Below, piece after piece: positions 37,704-47,275 of a DNA stretch of 64,000 bases. This stretch comes from an archaeon (lineage in GTDB: Archaea; Iainarchaeota; Iainarchaeia; Iainarchaeales; 1-14-0-10-31-34). The stretch is from NCBI GenBank assembly GCA_043819075.1, contig JBDRFE010000002.1, positions 82,653 through 146,652 on the forward strand, read 5' to 3'. Each line of letters opens with the position of its first letter. Position 1 is the first letter of the stretch. The notes under the pieces were generated by a model. That model saw only the letters and a program-made list of their open reading frames with translations. It was not told the DNA's origin and searched no databases. Made by a program: the position numbers and the translations under genes.

Positions 37704-37916
37704 GTGATTTTTTTGAGTGAATTAACAAGATTTGAAAAAACAAGATTAATCAGTGCAAGGTCTTTTCAGCTGGCTTTAGGCGCACCGCCTATGGTGAAAG
37801 CAGACAAAGACGAGTCAATGATTGATGTTGCAAGAAAAGAGCTTGAAGAAAAAAAGATTCCTTTGGCTGTTGTAAGGTTGTTTCCTTCAGGCGAAAAAGT
37901 TAGAGTTGAACCTTAA
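37704..37916 (+). CDS. rpo6: RNA polymerase subunit Rpo6 (K)
   Basis: LTRFEKTRLISARSFQLALGAP, ARKEL...IPL.V.R. Confidence 0.95.
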   Translation: MIFLSELTRFEKTRLISARSFQLALGAPPMVKADKDESMIDVARKELEEKKIPLAVVRLFPSGEKVRVEP

Positions 37917-37925
37917 GGTGATTTA

Positions 37926-38111
37926 ATGGGAAAATCTGTTCCAAAAGGAGTTAAAGTCAAGGCAGAAATCCTGCTGAAAGAAAGCAATGAATTTTCAACT
38001 GATTTTGATAAAAACAAGGAAGTAATTGATTCAATGAAATTAGGGCTTTCAAAAAAAATAAGAAACCTTATTGCCGGATTTATTGTAAGAAAAAAATCAG
38101 TGAAAGACTAG
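37926..38111 (+). CDS. rps17e: 30S ribosomal protein S17e
   Basis: FSTDFDKNK, SKKIRNLIAGFI. Confidence 0.92.
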   Translation: MGKSVPKGVKVKAEILLKESNEFSTDFDKNKEVIDSMKLGLSKKIRNLIAGFIVRKKSVKD

Positions 38112-40492
38112 TTAATTGAATTCTTTTTCGGGATAGAGCTTCCTTCGTTTTCTTTGTCTCTTTCTATTTCATAGCAGTCTCCTGAAGCGGCTTTCTCCAT
38201 TTCAGGGTCATGGGTTATTAAAAAAATCTGGTCAACCAACGAAGGTAAATGTTCTTTCATCATTGCACTCAGCTTTATTACCGCATTTTTGTCAAGATTG
38301 TGTGTCGGCTCATCCAGTATAAGCCAGCTTAAATTTTGTGTCAATACAAGGGAAAAAGCTGTCCTGATGCAGATTGCTGCGGCACTTCTTTCTCCTCCTG
38401 AAAGAATTCCTTCAACTCTGGTCCATTTACCGTTTTTTTCTTTTACTTTTATTTCATAATTTCCTTCTTCTATTTCCATTTTAGCTGAAGTAAAGTCTCC
38501 GTAAGGGTAAACCCTATTCCAGACGTCATCCATTGCGTCGTTTATTGTGTCAATCATTTCTTTTCTTAACTCTGACTGGGTTTCATTTAATGCGTTATTG
38601 AATAAAGCCATTCCTGAAACCATTTTTTCCTGTTTTTCCACTTCTTCAATTAATTCTTTTATTTTCTTTTTTTCTTTTTCAATTCTTTCAATGTTTGATT
38701 TAATGCTTTCAATTAATTCGTTTTTGGTTTTAATTTCTTTTTCAATGAATTCAACTGAAGATTTTTTTGCAGAAACAGCCTCTTTTTTTTCGCTGAAAGA
38801 GTTTTCCCTGTAATCAAGCAGGCTTTTTTCTTCTGAGGTTTTTTCAAGTTCTTTTTTCCACTGAATGTATCTGGCTAATTCGTTGAGCAGTTCAATTGTT
38901 TCCTCTGTTTTTTTTATTTTTTCTTCAAGTTCTTCTGGTTTTTTTCCGCTGAATCCGGTTTCAAGTTTTTTTTTCAGTGAATCCTTTTCGCTTATTTTTT
39001 TAATGCATTTTTCTTCTTCTTTTTCTGTTTCTTCAATTTCACTTATTTTTTCCTTTAATGAATCAACAGTGTTTTTTTCTTCACCAAGTTTTTTTATTTC
39101 AGTTTCTTTTTCTTTTGCTGTGTCTTTTTTTGTTTTTACCTCGAAAGCTATTTTTTTTTCGTCTTCTGAAAGCCCTTTGTTTATTATCCTGATTCTTGCC
39201 TGCTCTTTTTCATATGAGTTGATTACTTCAAGCTTTTTTTCCTTGCTTAATTTTGTCGAGCACACAGGGCAGTCTGCTCCTGGTTTGCTTAATTTCCTTA
39301 TATTTTCTTCGAGTTCATCAATTTTTTTTGCGTTAACCGAAAAACCGTTTCCCATTTCATTTAATTCTTTTTCTTTTGCCTCTGCTTCTTCTTTAGCCTG
39401 TTTTAATGCTTCAGAAAGCTTTTTTTCCCTGTTTTCCATTTCAGATATTTTTTCCATTATTTTTTCTGCTGAATCAATTCCTTTTAAAGAATCTTTTTTC
39501 CTGTTTTTTTCTTTTTCAAGGAATTCAAGTTTTTCTTTTTCTGCTTTTATTCCTGCTTCAAGCACGGAAATTTCTTTTGAAATTTTTTCTAACTCTGTTT
39601 TTTGTTTTTTTAACTCCTTCAGCCTTTCTTTTTCTTCTTCCGTGCCTGTTTTTTCCAGTTCGCTTTTCTTTTGCCCGAGCTTTTTTTCTGCTTCAGAGAG
39701 TTTTGATTTTAATTCGATTTCTTTTTCCTTTAATTTAGTGAATTTTTTTTCTTTTCCTTCAAGGGATAAAAGCTCTTTTAATGCTTTTTCCAGCTCTTCT
39801 TTTTCTTCACTGTTTTTTTCCCTGAGGTTGCTTATTTCTTTTTCTTTTTCTTTTTTGATTTCTTCAAGTTCTTTGAGCATGTTTTCATCAATTAATTCAG
39901 AGTTTTTTTTGATTAAGTCTTTTCTGTCTTCAGCCATTCTTTTAATCCTGTTTATTGCTGAAACACTGGTTTTTCTTGCTTTTTCATACCTGTCTAATCC
40001 AAGGATTTCATCAAACTTGTTTTTTCTCTGCATCGGGCTTAATTTAAGGAAGAAATCTATCTGGTTCTGTTCAGAGTAAACTGCTCTTGAGAAAAGGTCA
40101 TAGTTTATTTCAAGTATTTCCTCTATTTTTTCGTTTACATCGCTTGGTTTTGGCCCTGCAATCAGTTTTCCGTCTTCCAATAGTTTTGCCTGATTTGCGT
40201 TTTTTCCCAAAAAAACAGTTCTTTTTACTAAATAGTTTTTGCTGTTGTAATCGAATTCAAGCTCTACTTTTGATTCATCCATCTGATTCGGCTTGTTCAT
40301 TATTATTTCGTTTAAGCTCACTGACTTGGAGTTTAATGCTGGATATGTTCCGAATAATGCAAAACACATTGCCTCGATTACAGTGCTTTTTCCTGCGCCA
40401 ATAATTCCGGTTAAGACATTGGTTCCTTTGCTGAATTCAAGTTCAGAGTTCCTGTGGCTTTTCCAGTTGTAAAGCCGTATTTTTTTTATCAT
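38108..40492 (-). CDS. rad50: Rad50 ATPase
   Basis: GIIGAGKS, Q-loop, CPVC zinc hook in coiled coil, LSGGE, LDEPT, ITHD. Confidence 0.93.
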   Translation of the reverse strand: MIKKIRLYNWKSHRNSELEFSKGTNVLTGIIGAGKSTVIEAMCFALFGTYPALNSKSVSLNEIIMNKPNQMDESKVELEFDYNSKNYLVKRTVFLGKNANQAKLLEDGKLIAGPKPSDVNEKIEEILEINYDLFSRAVYSEQNQIDFFLKLSPMQRKNKFDEILGLDRYEKARKTSVSAINRIKRMAEDRKDLIKKNSELIDENMLKELEEIKKEKEKEISNLREKNSEEKEELEKALKELLSLEGKEKKFTKLKEKEIELKSKLSEAEKKLGQKKSELEKTGTEEEKERLKELKKQKTELEKISKEISVLEAGIKAEKEKLEFLEKEKNRKKDSLKGIDSAEKIMEKISEMENREKKLSEALKQAKEEAEAKEKELNEMGNGFSVNAKKIDELEENIRKLSKPGADCPVCSTKLSKEKKLEVINSYEKEQARIRIINKGLSEDEKKIAFEVKTKKDTAKEKETEIKKLGEEKNTVDSLKEKISEIEETEKEEEKCIKKISEKDSLKKKLETGFSGKKPEELEEKIKKTEETIELLNELARYIQWKKELEKTSEEKSLLDYRENSFSEKKEAVSAKKSSVEFIEKEIKTKNELIESIKSNIERIEKEKKKIKELIEEVEKQEKMVSGMALFNNALNETQSELRKEMIDTINDAMDDVWNRVYPYGDFTSAKMEIEEGNYEIKVKEKNGKWTRVEGILSGGERSAAAICIRTAFSLVLTQNLSWLILDEPTHNLDKNAVIKLSAMMKEHLPSLVDQIFLITHDPEMEKAASGDCYEIERDKENEGSSIPKKNSIN

Positions 40493-40641
40493 TTAATTTT
40501 ATTTGTGGCTGGAGGTTTTTAAAAAAAGAATTAGTTATGTATAAACAACTTTTAAGAAAAGGTGCAACTCAAAATTTTGTTGTTGTAACAAAATGCAGGG
40601 CATGTGTTTCACTCAGTCCAACTGCCTTTTAAGAAAAGCCC

Positions 40642-40911
40642 TTAGAGTAGGTTCATTCCAATGTTTTCAACAGAGCTTACACCTTTTATTGCGTTTAATG
40701 CCTGCTCTATTTTTTCGGTTATTCCTTCTGTTCCTTTTGCTTCAGTCACTATGGCTATTTTTATTGCTTCCAAGCCGAATGCAATTGGCTCTCTTTTCAT
40801 GTCCCTGAGTTCGCCTAATCTATTTACTTTGTCTTTTATTTCATTTTCTATTCTTTTGATTTCTTCCATGTCTTCTGGTGCAATCCTGTAAATTAAAACC
40901 ATTTTTCCCAT
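40642..40911 (-). CDS. ef1b: Elongation factor 1-beta
   Basis: EPIAFGL motif; GGTGA SD. Confidence 0.92.
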   Translation of the reverse strand: MGKMVLIYRIAPEDMEEIKRIENEIKDKVNRLGELRDMKREPIAFGLEAIKIAIVTEAKGTEGITEKIEQALNAIKGVSSVENIGMNLL

Positions 40912-40919
40912 GCTTTCAC

Positions 40920-41075
40920 CTATGGGCCGACAAAACTGCATTCAATGCATTTGTATTCTTTTGATGTTGACTTACAGTGGTCGCACCTAATTATTTTTGC
41001 GTTCCCGCACTTTGGGCACGGGAATTCAGTGAAATCAAAATTCACTTCTTTATTGCATGAACTGCATAACTTCAT
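40920..41075 (-). CDS. Small Zn-ribbon protein DUF1610 type (51 aa, absent from ORF track)
   Basis: CSSC..FPCPKCG...IIRC.HCK....YKC.EC.FVGP; usual upstream neighbour of aEF-1beta. Confidence 0.9.
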   Translation of the reverse strand: MKLCSSCNKEVNFDFTEFPCPKCGNAKIIRCDHCKSTSKEYKCIECSFVGP

Positions 41076-41165
41076 TTTAAATACCTCTGAAATTTAGCTG
41101 ACTTTAAGTTTAAATAATCAGTATTACTCAATTATTTCTGTAGTATTATCTTTAAAAAGCTTTTA

Positions 41166-41239
41166 GGACTCGTGGCGCAACCGGACAGCGCAATCCGCTT
41201 CGGACGGATAGGTTGGGGGTTCGAATCCCCTCGAGTTCA
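41166..41239 (+). tRNA. tRNA-Arg(TCG)
   Basis: GGACTCG/CGAGTTC acceptor, ATCCG-CTTCGGA-CGGAT, GGTTCGAATCC. Confidence 0.92.
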
Positions 41240-41240
41240 T

Positions 41241-41460
41241 TCGCGCTTTCGAGCGCGAGCACCGACTCGCTTCCGTGCGAGTGTGACGGCGCACGGCTTT
41301 CAGCCGAGCATGCTTCGCTTTCGCGGTTCCGTCCGCGAGCAACGGAGCACGGCATAAAGCCGTGCTAGCACCACTTTACGTGGTGCGCGTACACCAGCCG
41401 AACGTGACGGCTGCGGCATAAAGCCGTATGTGCTTCGCTTTCGTGATTTCGCTTGCGGGT
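41241..41460. repeat. GC-rich hairpin module array directly 3' of tRNA-Arg
   Basis: Inverted copy of 19382-19522 with an additional 56-nt module (41291-41346). Confidence 0.9.
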
Positions 41461-41517
41461 GTAGAGCGATATATCAAGTTATTTCGTTTCACTCAATAAC
41501 TCATTAATATTTTTTTA

Positions 41518-42897
41518 TTATTTCCTTTTAAGGTATTTTGAAAAAAACTCTTTTGCCTCGCCTTTATAGATTTTCTTTAATTTTTTTCCAGAGTAAACTG
41601 AAAATTTTTCTTTGAGCTGTCTTACAAGGAATTTTTTTGGGTTAACCTTGATTTGTTTTTCAATGAATTCTTTTACTGCAGTTTCTGCTTTAATATGCTT
41701 TCTTTTCACTTTTGCATGCAAATGCCCTTTGATTTCTTTTACTTTGTGTCTGCCGTGTTTTTCCCTGAATTTGCTTGCGTGCTCTTTCATTTCACTCGGC
41801 GGGCCTTTAACCATTTTTTCTTTTCCCAGCTGTTTTTCTTTCACTTCAACTAATAAAAGCATTTTTTCTTTCTGGTCTGTCCAGAGCTTTTCATTTAAGA
41901 CAGTGAAATCGTTTTCCTCTAATTCTTTTCTCAGCTTCCTTAAAAACTGCCTTAGCTGGCCGAATGCAACGTCTTCATGGATTTTTTTATAGCCTGTTTC
42001 AATTACTAAAATGTTTTTTCCTGAAATTTTTTTATTGAATTCTTTTTGGGAAAAAATTTTAACTGGTTTTGGAAAAAAGAAATGCATTGAAGGTTTTCTT
42101 AAAAACTCTTTTGCTTTTTCCCTGAATCTTTCATAAACTTCAGGCGAAACTGCTGCTGCAACATTCCTTTTTTCGTCTGTCGGGTCAATGAACACTAAAG
42201 GAAAAGAAAATTTTTTCGCAAGCTCTGCTTCTTTTTTTTTGTTCAGTTTTTCTGTCAGGGAAATGATTTTTTGTGGTTTCCAAGACCAAGCTTTTTTTAG
42301 AGTGTTTTCAAATGACTTGTATTTGATTACAAGCAATTCAGTTAAATAGCCTGAAAACCCCTGTGTTTTTAGTTCTGCTCCATAGCATTCAGTTCCTTTA
42401 AGGAATTTTTTCAGCAGCCGAATTTCGTTTCTGTGTGTTTCTTTTATTTTTTCCTGCACAAAACTTGTATGGAATGGAGTCCTGTCAACTGAAGACAGCA
42501 GTTCTTTTGTACTGCTTATTTTGTATGCAGGAATTAATTCAATTTTGTGGCCTTCTATTTCTGTTTTCACATAAGGGTGCTCGCCAAAATCTATTTCCCA
42601 GTTTTTGCCTGAAATCTTTTTTGCAATCCTTAATCCTTCTTTAATAAATTCTTTTCTTTCAAGTTTTTTGTCAAATAAAATGAATATGTCAATGTCTTTG
42701 TCGCCTTTTAGGTGAGTGTTCCTTGAAAGCGAGCCTGCAAGTATTGCTTCCAGATGCTTTCCCTTGCATTTATTTATTTTTTCCAGTATTTTTTCCGATA
42801 TTTCTTTTTCTTTTCTTATTTCTTCTTCTGATGGGATTACCTTTTCAAGGACCTTTTTTTTTATTTCAGCCATTTTTTGTTTTTTCACAGAAACCAT
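41518..42897 (-). CDS. cca: Class I CCA-adding enzyme
   Basis: GSLSRNTHL.GDKDIDIF, EHPYV, VDRTPFH, GFSGYLTELL, IDPTD..RNVAAA. Confidence 0.96.
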   Translation of the reverse strand: MVSVKKQKMAEIKKKVLEKVIPSEEEIRKEKEISEKILEKINKCKGKHLEAILAGSLSRNTHLKGDKDIDIFILFDKKLERKEFIKEGLRIAKKISGKNWEIDFGEHPYVKTEIEGHKIELIPAYKISSTKELLSSVDRTPFHTSFVQEKIKETHRNEIRLLKKFLKGTECYGAELKTQGFSGYLTELLVIKYKSFENTLKKAWSWKPQKIISLTEKLNKKKEAELAKKFSFPLVFIDPTDEKRNVAAAVSPEVYERFREKAKEFLRKPSMHFFFPKPVKIFSQKEFNKKISGKNILVIETGYKKIHEDVAFGQLRQFLRKLRKELEENDFTVLNEKLWTDQKEKMLLLVEVKEKQLGKEKMVKGPPSEMKEHASKFREKHGRHKVKEIKGHLHAKVKRKHIKAETAVKEFIEKQIKVNPKKFLVRQLKEKFSVYSGKKLKKIYKGEAKEFFSKYLKRK

Positions 42898-42951
42898 TAA
42901 ATATTGTGTTAATTTATTTAATATAGTTGTTGTTAAACAAGGTGTTTTTTT

Positions 42952-44562
42952 TTGGCTAAACTGGAAGAACTTAATTTCAATAAAATAATCAAAACAGAGC
43001 AGGACACTGCAATTGTTCCCATGAAAAAAGAGCTTAACCTGATTGACTCTTATGACTTGATTGAAATCTTTGAGGATTACCCTTCTTATTATTATTTTAT
43101 TAAAAAGCCTCTTCTTTCTGACAGGGAAAAACTTTTTGGTTCGGTGCTTGAAAACATTATTTTAAAAAAAGCTTCAATTCCAGACCTTTCCTCCAAGCTT
43201 GGTTTGTCAAAGGATTTTTTGAATGAACTGAATGACAGCGTAATTCATGAAATTGAGTCACAAAATTTGTTGCATGTTCTTCCAGATGATGAATCGTTTA
43301 ATGTAATAAAAGAATCTTTTTTGTCGCTTGCAAAAAAGCATTTGGATTTCATTGTCCATCCAAGTGAATTAACTGACCTTGTTTTGGGCAGGACAATTGG
43401 TTATGGTTTTTTGTCTAACATGGTGCATGATGACTGGCTTGAAGAAATAATGGTTAATGGCTATGACAAACCTGTTTTTATTTTTCACAGAAAATACGGC
43501 ATGTGTGAAACAAATGTTTTGATTAAAAAAGACGGTTTTATTCAGAGACTGCTTTACAGGATTGCTTCTACGGTAAGCAGGGAATTAACTGATTCAAGGC
43601 CTTTGCTTGATGCAAGGCTTCCTGATGGTTCCAGGGCTAATGCCACTTCGCCTTATGCGACTCCTTTTGGGCCCACACTTACAATCAGGAAGTTTTCTAA
43701 GACTCCTTTAAGCATTATTGATTTAATTAATACTGGGACAATGAATGCAGAGATTGCGGCTTTTTTGTGGGTTATGGTTGAAGGCTTTGGCATTGAGCCA
43801 ATGAACATTATTATTACCGGCGGAAGCGGTACAGGAAAAACTTCTACTTTAAATGCATTATCTGTTTTTGTAAGAAAAGAGGACAGGATTATTACAATTG
43901 AAGACACTTTAGAGCTTCATTTAGGCGAAAGGCAGAACTGGATTCAGATGGAGGCAAGGCCAGAGATTTCTGGAACACAGGAACTGTCAATGGATGACTT
44001 GCTTAAAAATGCTTTGAGAATGCGCCCTGACAGGATTATTTTAGGAGAGGTAAGAGGCCCTGAAGCACAAACCCTGTTTACTGCAATGGATATAGGTCAC
44101 AGCGGATGCATGGGGACAGTGCATTCAAATAACGGAAGGGAATTGATTACCAGATTAAAAAGTGCTCCGATGAATGTTCCTGACATAATGCTGCCTTTGC
44201 TTGACTTGATTGTAGTGCAATACAGGATGCATGCCCCTGGAAAAGGAGTTATAAGAAGAATAACCCAGATATGCGAGGTAAGTAGGATGGATGAACAGAC
44301 TTTGCTTGGAGAACTGTTTGTCTGGAGAAAAGAAGAAGACACAATAAAACAGACTTCAACTCCAGCTCATATTCTTGAAAAGATTGCTGACAGGGCAGCC
44401 AAGACAAAAAAAGATGTGATGAAAGAAATTAAAATCAGGCAGAGAATCCTTGAATGGATGACTTTGAATGGAATTCACTTGAATGCAGATGTACAGAATA
44501 TTATCCAAAAATATTATTATAATTCAACTGAACTGCTTGAACAGGTTTCAGAAGAACTTTAA
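42952..44562 (+). CDS. Type IV pilus / type II-IV secretion ATPase (CpaF/TadA-like)
   Basis: DARLPDGSR, TIRKF, GGSGTGKT, IEDTLEL, LRMRPDRIILGEVRG, GH...TVH. Confidence 0.93.
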   Translation: MAKLEELNFNKIIKTEQDTAIVPMKKELNLIDSYDLIEIFEDYPSYYYFIKKPLLSDREKLFGSVLENIILKKASIPDLSSKLGLSKDFLNELNDSVIHEIESQNLLHVLPDDESFNVIKESFLSLAKKHLDFIVHPSELTDLVLGRTIGYGFLSNMVHDDWLEEIMVNGYDKPVFIFHRKYGMCETNVLIKKDGFIQRLLYRIASTVSRELTDSRPLLDARLPDGSRANATSPYATPFGPTLTIRKFSKTPLSIIDLINTGTMNAEIAAFLWVMVEGFGIEPMNIIITGGSGTGKTSTLNALSVFVRKEDRIITIEDTLELHLGERQNWIQMEARPEISGTQELSMDDLLKNALRMRPDRIILGEVRGPEAQTLFTAMDIGHSGCMGTVHSNNGRELITRLKSAPMNVPDIMLPLLDLIVVQYRMHAPGKGVIRRITQICEVSRMDEQTLLGELFVWRKEEDTIKQTSTPAHILEKIADRAAKTKKDVMKEIKIRQRILEWMTLNGIHLNADVQNIIQKYYYNSTELLEQVSEEL

Positions 44563-45122
44563 TCATTCAGGCTGAAAGAAAAATTTTTTTTGTAGTCAGG
44601 CCCTTCTGGAAGCAATACTGATTCCATTAAATCAAATTCTTTTGCCTCAATTTTTTCCTCAAAATGAATTTTTTTTAATTTTTCAGCCAGTTCCCTGAAT
44701 TGCATTGAATTCATTTTTTTGTTTCTTGCAATAGTTATATGGGAATTAAACCTGTTGTCTGTAATTTCAAGTTTTGTGCAGATTTTTTCGTGCAGTGCGC
44801 TAATTTCTTTTTCCCCTTCTTTTATTTCAAGGAAAAGCACTCTTGAATTAAAGCTGTTTATTCCTGAAATTACTGCATGAAATTTTTCCTGCTTTATTTC
44901 ATTTATTTTTTCCTTTAATTCATTTATTTTTTCTTCAGGAAAATATCCTAAAAAAAGCAGTGTGATGTGAATGTTTTGTTCTTTTACTGCATTAACTCCT
45001 TGAGGGAATTTTTTGCAGTAGGTTTCAAATATTTTTTTCCTTGTTTTTTCGGGCAGGTTTATTGCAAAAAAAACTTTTTTCAAAGTTTTATCAAAACGCT
45101 TCGCAGAAATTCTTTTGTTCAT
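44559..45122 (-). CDS. thpR: RNA 2',3'-cyclic phosphodiesterase (2H family)
   Basis: HITL.FLG and HITIAR, MESVL..EGP.Y. Confidence 0.9.
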   Translation of the reverse strand: MNKRISAKRFDKTLKKVFFAINLPEKTRKKIFETYCKKFPQGVNAVKEQNIHITLLFLGYFPEEKINELKEKINEIKQEKFHAVISGINSFNSRVLFLEIKEGEKEISALHEKICTKLEITDNRFNSHITIARNKKMNSMQFRELAEKLKKIHFEEKIEAKEFDLMESVLLPEGPDYKKNFSFSLND

Positions 45123-45172
45123 GCATTCACTTTAATTTTTTTCCCTGTTTTTCAAATTCTTTTGGCTGCAAT

Positions 45173-45772
45173 TCACTTTAATTTTTTCCTTGCGGTTTTT
45201 TCGAATTCCTTGAACTGAAAGTAATTTTTTTCAAGTTTTTTGTTTGCTTTTTCAAGCGCTTTTTCAAGGAATTTTTTTTCTGTAATTATTTCTCCTTTTA
45301 TTTTCACCGGAAAGGCAATTGATTGTGTGCCGATTAATTCTGTAATGAATTTTCCTTCAACTGCAACCATTATTCCTGCTCTCCTTATTCCGGCTGTTTT
45401 TGCGGCTTCAAGGACTTTTTTTGCGTTTTCAAGGCTGTCGGTTCCTAAATGCAGGATAAAAGGGTCTAATTTGAACCATAATTCTTCTTCTGAATTTTGT
45501 TTGTTTATTTCTTTCATTAATTCTTTGAAAGAAATTTTTCTGTGCCATTTTGCGTGAAAAGCTGCTTCTTTTTTGTTTCCTTCTTTGTCAATGTCAAGCA
45601 AAACTATTCTTCCTGCGCAGCTGCTTGAAGTGAAAAAGTTTTTTGTTTTGGAAATAAACCTGCAGAAAGGAATTATCTGGCTGTCTGCTTTCCCTTGTTT
45701 TACTGCATCAAAAAAAGTTTTTTTGTGCCTTTCTTTTACCATTTCAAATCTTGTTTCTTCTTTGGTTTTCAT
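45173..45772 (-). CDS. taw3: tRNA wyosine-pathway methyltransferase Taw3/Tyw3
   Basis: FTSSSCAGRI, KWH, PFILH. Confidence 0.9.
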   Translation of the reverse strand: MKTKEETRFEMVKERHKKTFFDAVKQGKADSQIIPFCRFISKTKNFFTSSSCAGRIVLLDIDKEGNKKEAAFHAKWHRKISFKELMKEINKQNSEEELWFKLDPFILHLGTDSLENAKKVLEAAKTAGIRRAGIMVAVEGKFITELIGTQSIAFPVKIKGEIITEKKFLEKALEKANKKLEKNYFQFKEFEKTARKKLK

Positions 45773-46416
45773 ATTTTCATAAACTCCGTTTTTTTTGTTT
45801 TTGTATCAATTAAAGCCGCTCTGTTTTCTTTTACTGCACCAGGATTAATGCAGGTTGTTTTGCCTATTTTTTCTTTTCCAAATGATTCATGGCAGTGGCC
45901 TGAAACACTGAATTCAGGCTCAAACTCTGTAATTATTTTCCTTATCGCATCTGAGCCAATGTGTTTTCCTGAAACATTTTTGTCCAGCAGTGAATTTTTC
46001 GGCGGTGAATGGGTTATCAGAAACACTTTTTCTTTTCCTGTTTCCTGCATTAATTCTTTGAGGCTTTCATATAATTCTTTTTCAGTGAAAATTATTTCGC
46101 CCATGCAGTCTGTTGCCCCGCCAAAACCGATGAAAGTGAATTCATTGTATTTTTCTTTTTTTGAGTGAATGGAAATTCCTTCTTTTTCAAGGAATAAAAT
46201 GCTTTCTTTTGTGTCAAGGTTTCCCGGAATGGCAAAAATTTTTTTGTTAAGCTTTTTTATTTTTTCAATGATTTTTTCTGTTTCTGCCTGTCCGCCGAAA
46301 TTAGTCAGGTCGCCTGCAGCAATCACCAGGTCAATTTCTTTTTTTCCTGCTTCTGACAGCAGTTTTTCAAGGCTTTCTTTTCTTGAATGAATATCGCTTA
46401 AAACCAGTATTTTCAT
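45769..46416 (-). CDS. Calcineurin-like metallophosphoesterase
   Basis: SDIH, AGDLT, PGNLD, THSPP, GHCHE, NPG. Confidence 0.9.
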   Translation of the reverse strand: MKILVLSDIHSRKESLEKLLSEAGKKEIDLVIAAGDLTNFGGQAETEKIIEKIKKLNKKIFAIPGNLDTKESILFLEKEGISIHSKKEKYNEFTFIGFGGATDCMGEIIFTEKELYESLKELMQETGKEKVFLITHSPPKNSLLDKNVSGKHIGSDAIRKIITEFEPEFSVSGHCHESFGKEKIGKTTCINPGAVKENRAALIDTKTKKTEFMKI

Positions 46417-46466
46417 GAATAAACCTTTTTATTTGCTTTGTAAGCAGAATATATTTAGGGAAAAAT

Positions 46467-47261
46467 ATGTTTAATAAGTTTTTTTCGGTTGTTCTGGCAG
46501 TGCTTTTCCTTGTTTCTTTTGCTTCTGGGTTAAAAATCGTTTTTCCTGTTGAAGCAGAAGTTTTAGGGGGTTCTCCAGTTGAATTAGGCAGTGTTTCCCC
46601 TGGGCAGACTTTTGAGCTGATTGTTTTTGATGAAAGATTTGATTCAATTGAATTGCAGGGCAAATTCAGTGACTGGCCGCATGAAACAGAATTTTATGAA
46701 AAAAACACTGCAATAAGGATTACTGTTCCGAAAGAAATTTCTCTTGGAACAAAAAGCATTTCTTTTAAGGCATTTGATTCAAAGAATGAATCTTTAGAAC
46801 AATCTTTTAATGCAGTGCTTAATGTCAGGAAAGACTTATGGTCTGTTAATGTATCTGATTTGGTTCAGGAAACAAGAGTTGATGTTCCGGCAAAGTTTGA
46901 CCTTACTTTTTCTAATGAATCAATTGCAGGGCAAAAAATAATTGTTTTTTCAAGCCTTCCTGTTTTCTGGCTGAACCAGAAAACTTTTGTGCTTGAGCCA
47001 AAATCTGTTTCAAAACAGTTAGTTGTGGTTAATCCAAGGCATTACGGCCAAAGAGAATTTGATTTTGTTTTTGACGCACCTGATTCCAGTGAACAAAAAA
47101 AGTTCAGGGCAAGGCTTTTAATTGAATCAAGCCTTTCAAGCAAGTATTCTTCTCCCGCTTTTGGTTTTCCTTTTTTTACCCCCAGCTTGTATTCTTTTTA
47201 CCTGTTTTCTTCTGGAATTGCGGTTTCCATGCAGTCGCTTCTTGAATTTGTTTCAAAATAA
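46467..47261 (+). CDS. Secreted/surface hypothetical protein (beta-rich)
   Basis: Signal peptide, hydrophobic C-terminus. Confidence 0.65.
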   Translation: MFNKFFSVVLAVLFLVSFASGLKIVFPVEAEVLGGSPVELGSVSPGQTFELIVFDERFDSIELQGKFSDWPHETEFYEKNTAIRITVPKEISLGTKSISFKAFDSKNESLEQSFNAVLNVRKDLWSVNVSDLVQETRVDVPAKFDLTFSNESIAGQKIIVFSSLPVFWLNQKTFVLEPKSVSKQLVVVNPRHYGQREFDFVFDAPDSSEQKKFRARLLIESSLSSKYSSPAFGFPFFTPSLYSFYLFSSGIAVSMQSLLEFVSK

Positions 47262-47275
47262 TTTCCGTATTTATT

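Noticed and set aside
19045..41239. Integrated provirus or island at the tRNA genes
   Set aside because: No integrase, no duplicated tRNA 3' end (att site), and flanking genes are housekeeping.
45305..45310. Further CACCGG/CCGGTG hits (45305, near 51018, near 59131, tRNA at 19051)
   Set aside because: Inside coding or tRNA sequence, without the -54 spacing to a start codon.
45769..46416. Possible mre11
   Set aside because: Too short (215 aa) with generic metallophosphoesterase motifs and no capping domain.
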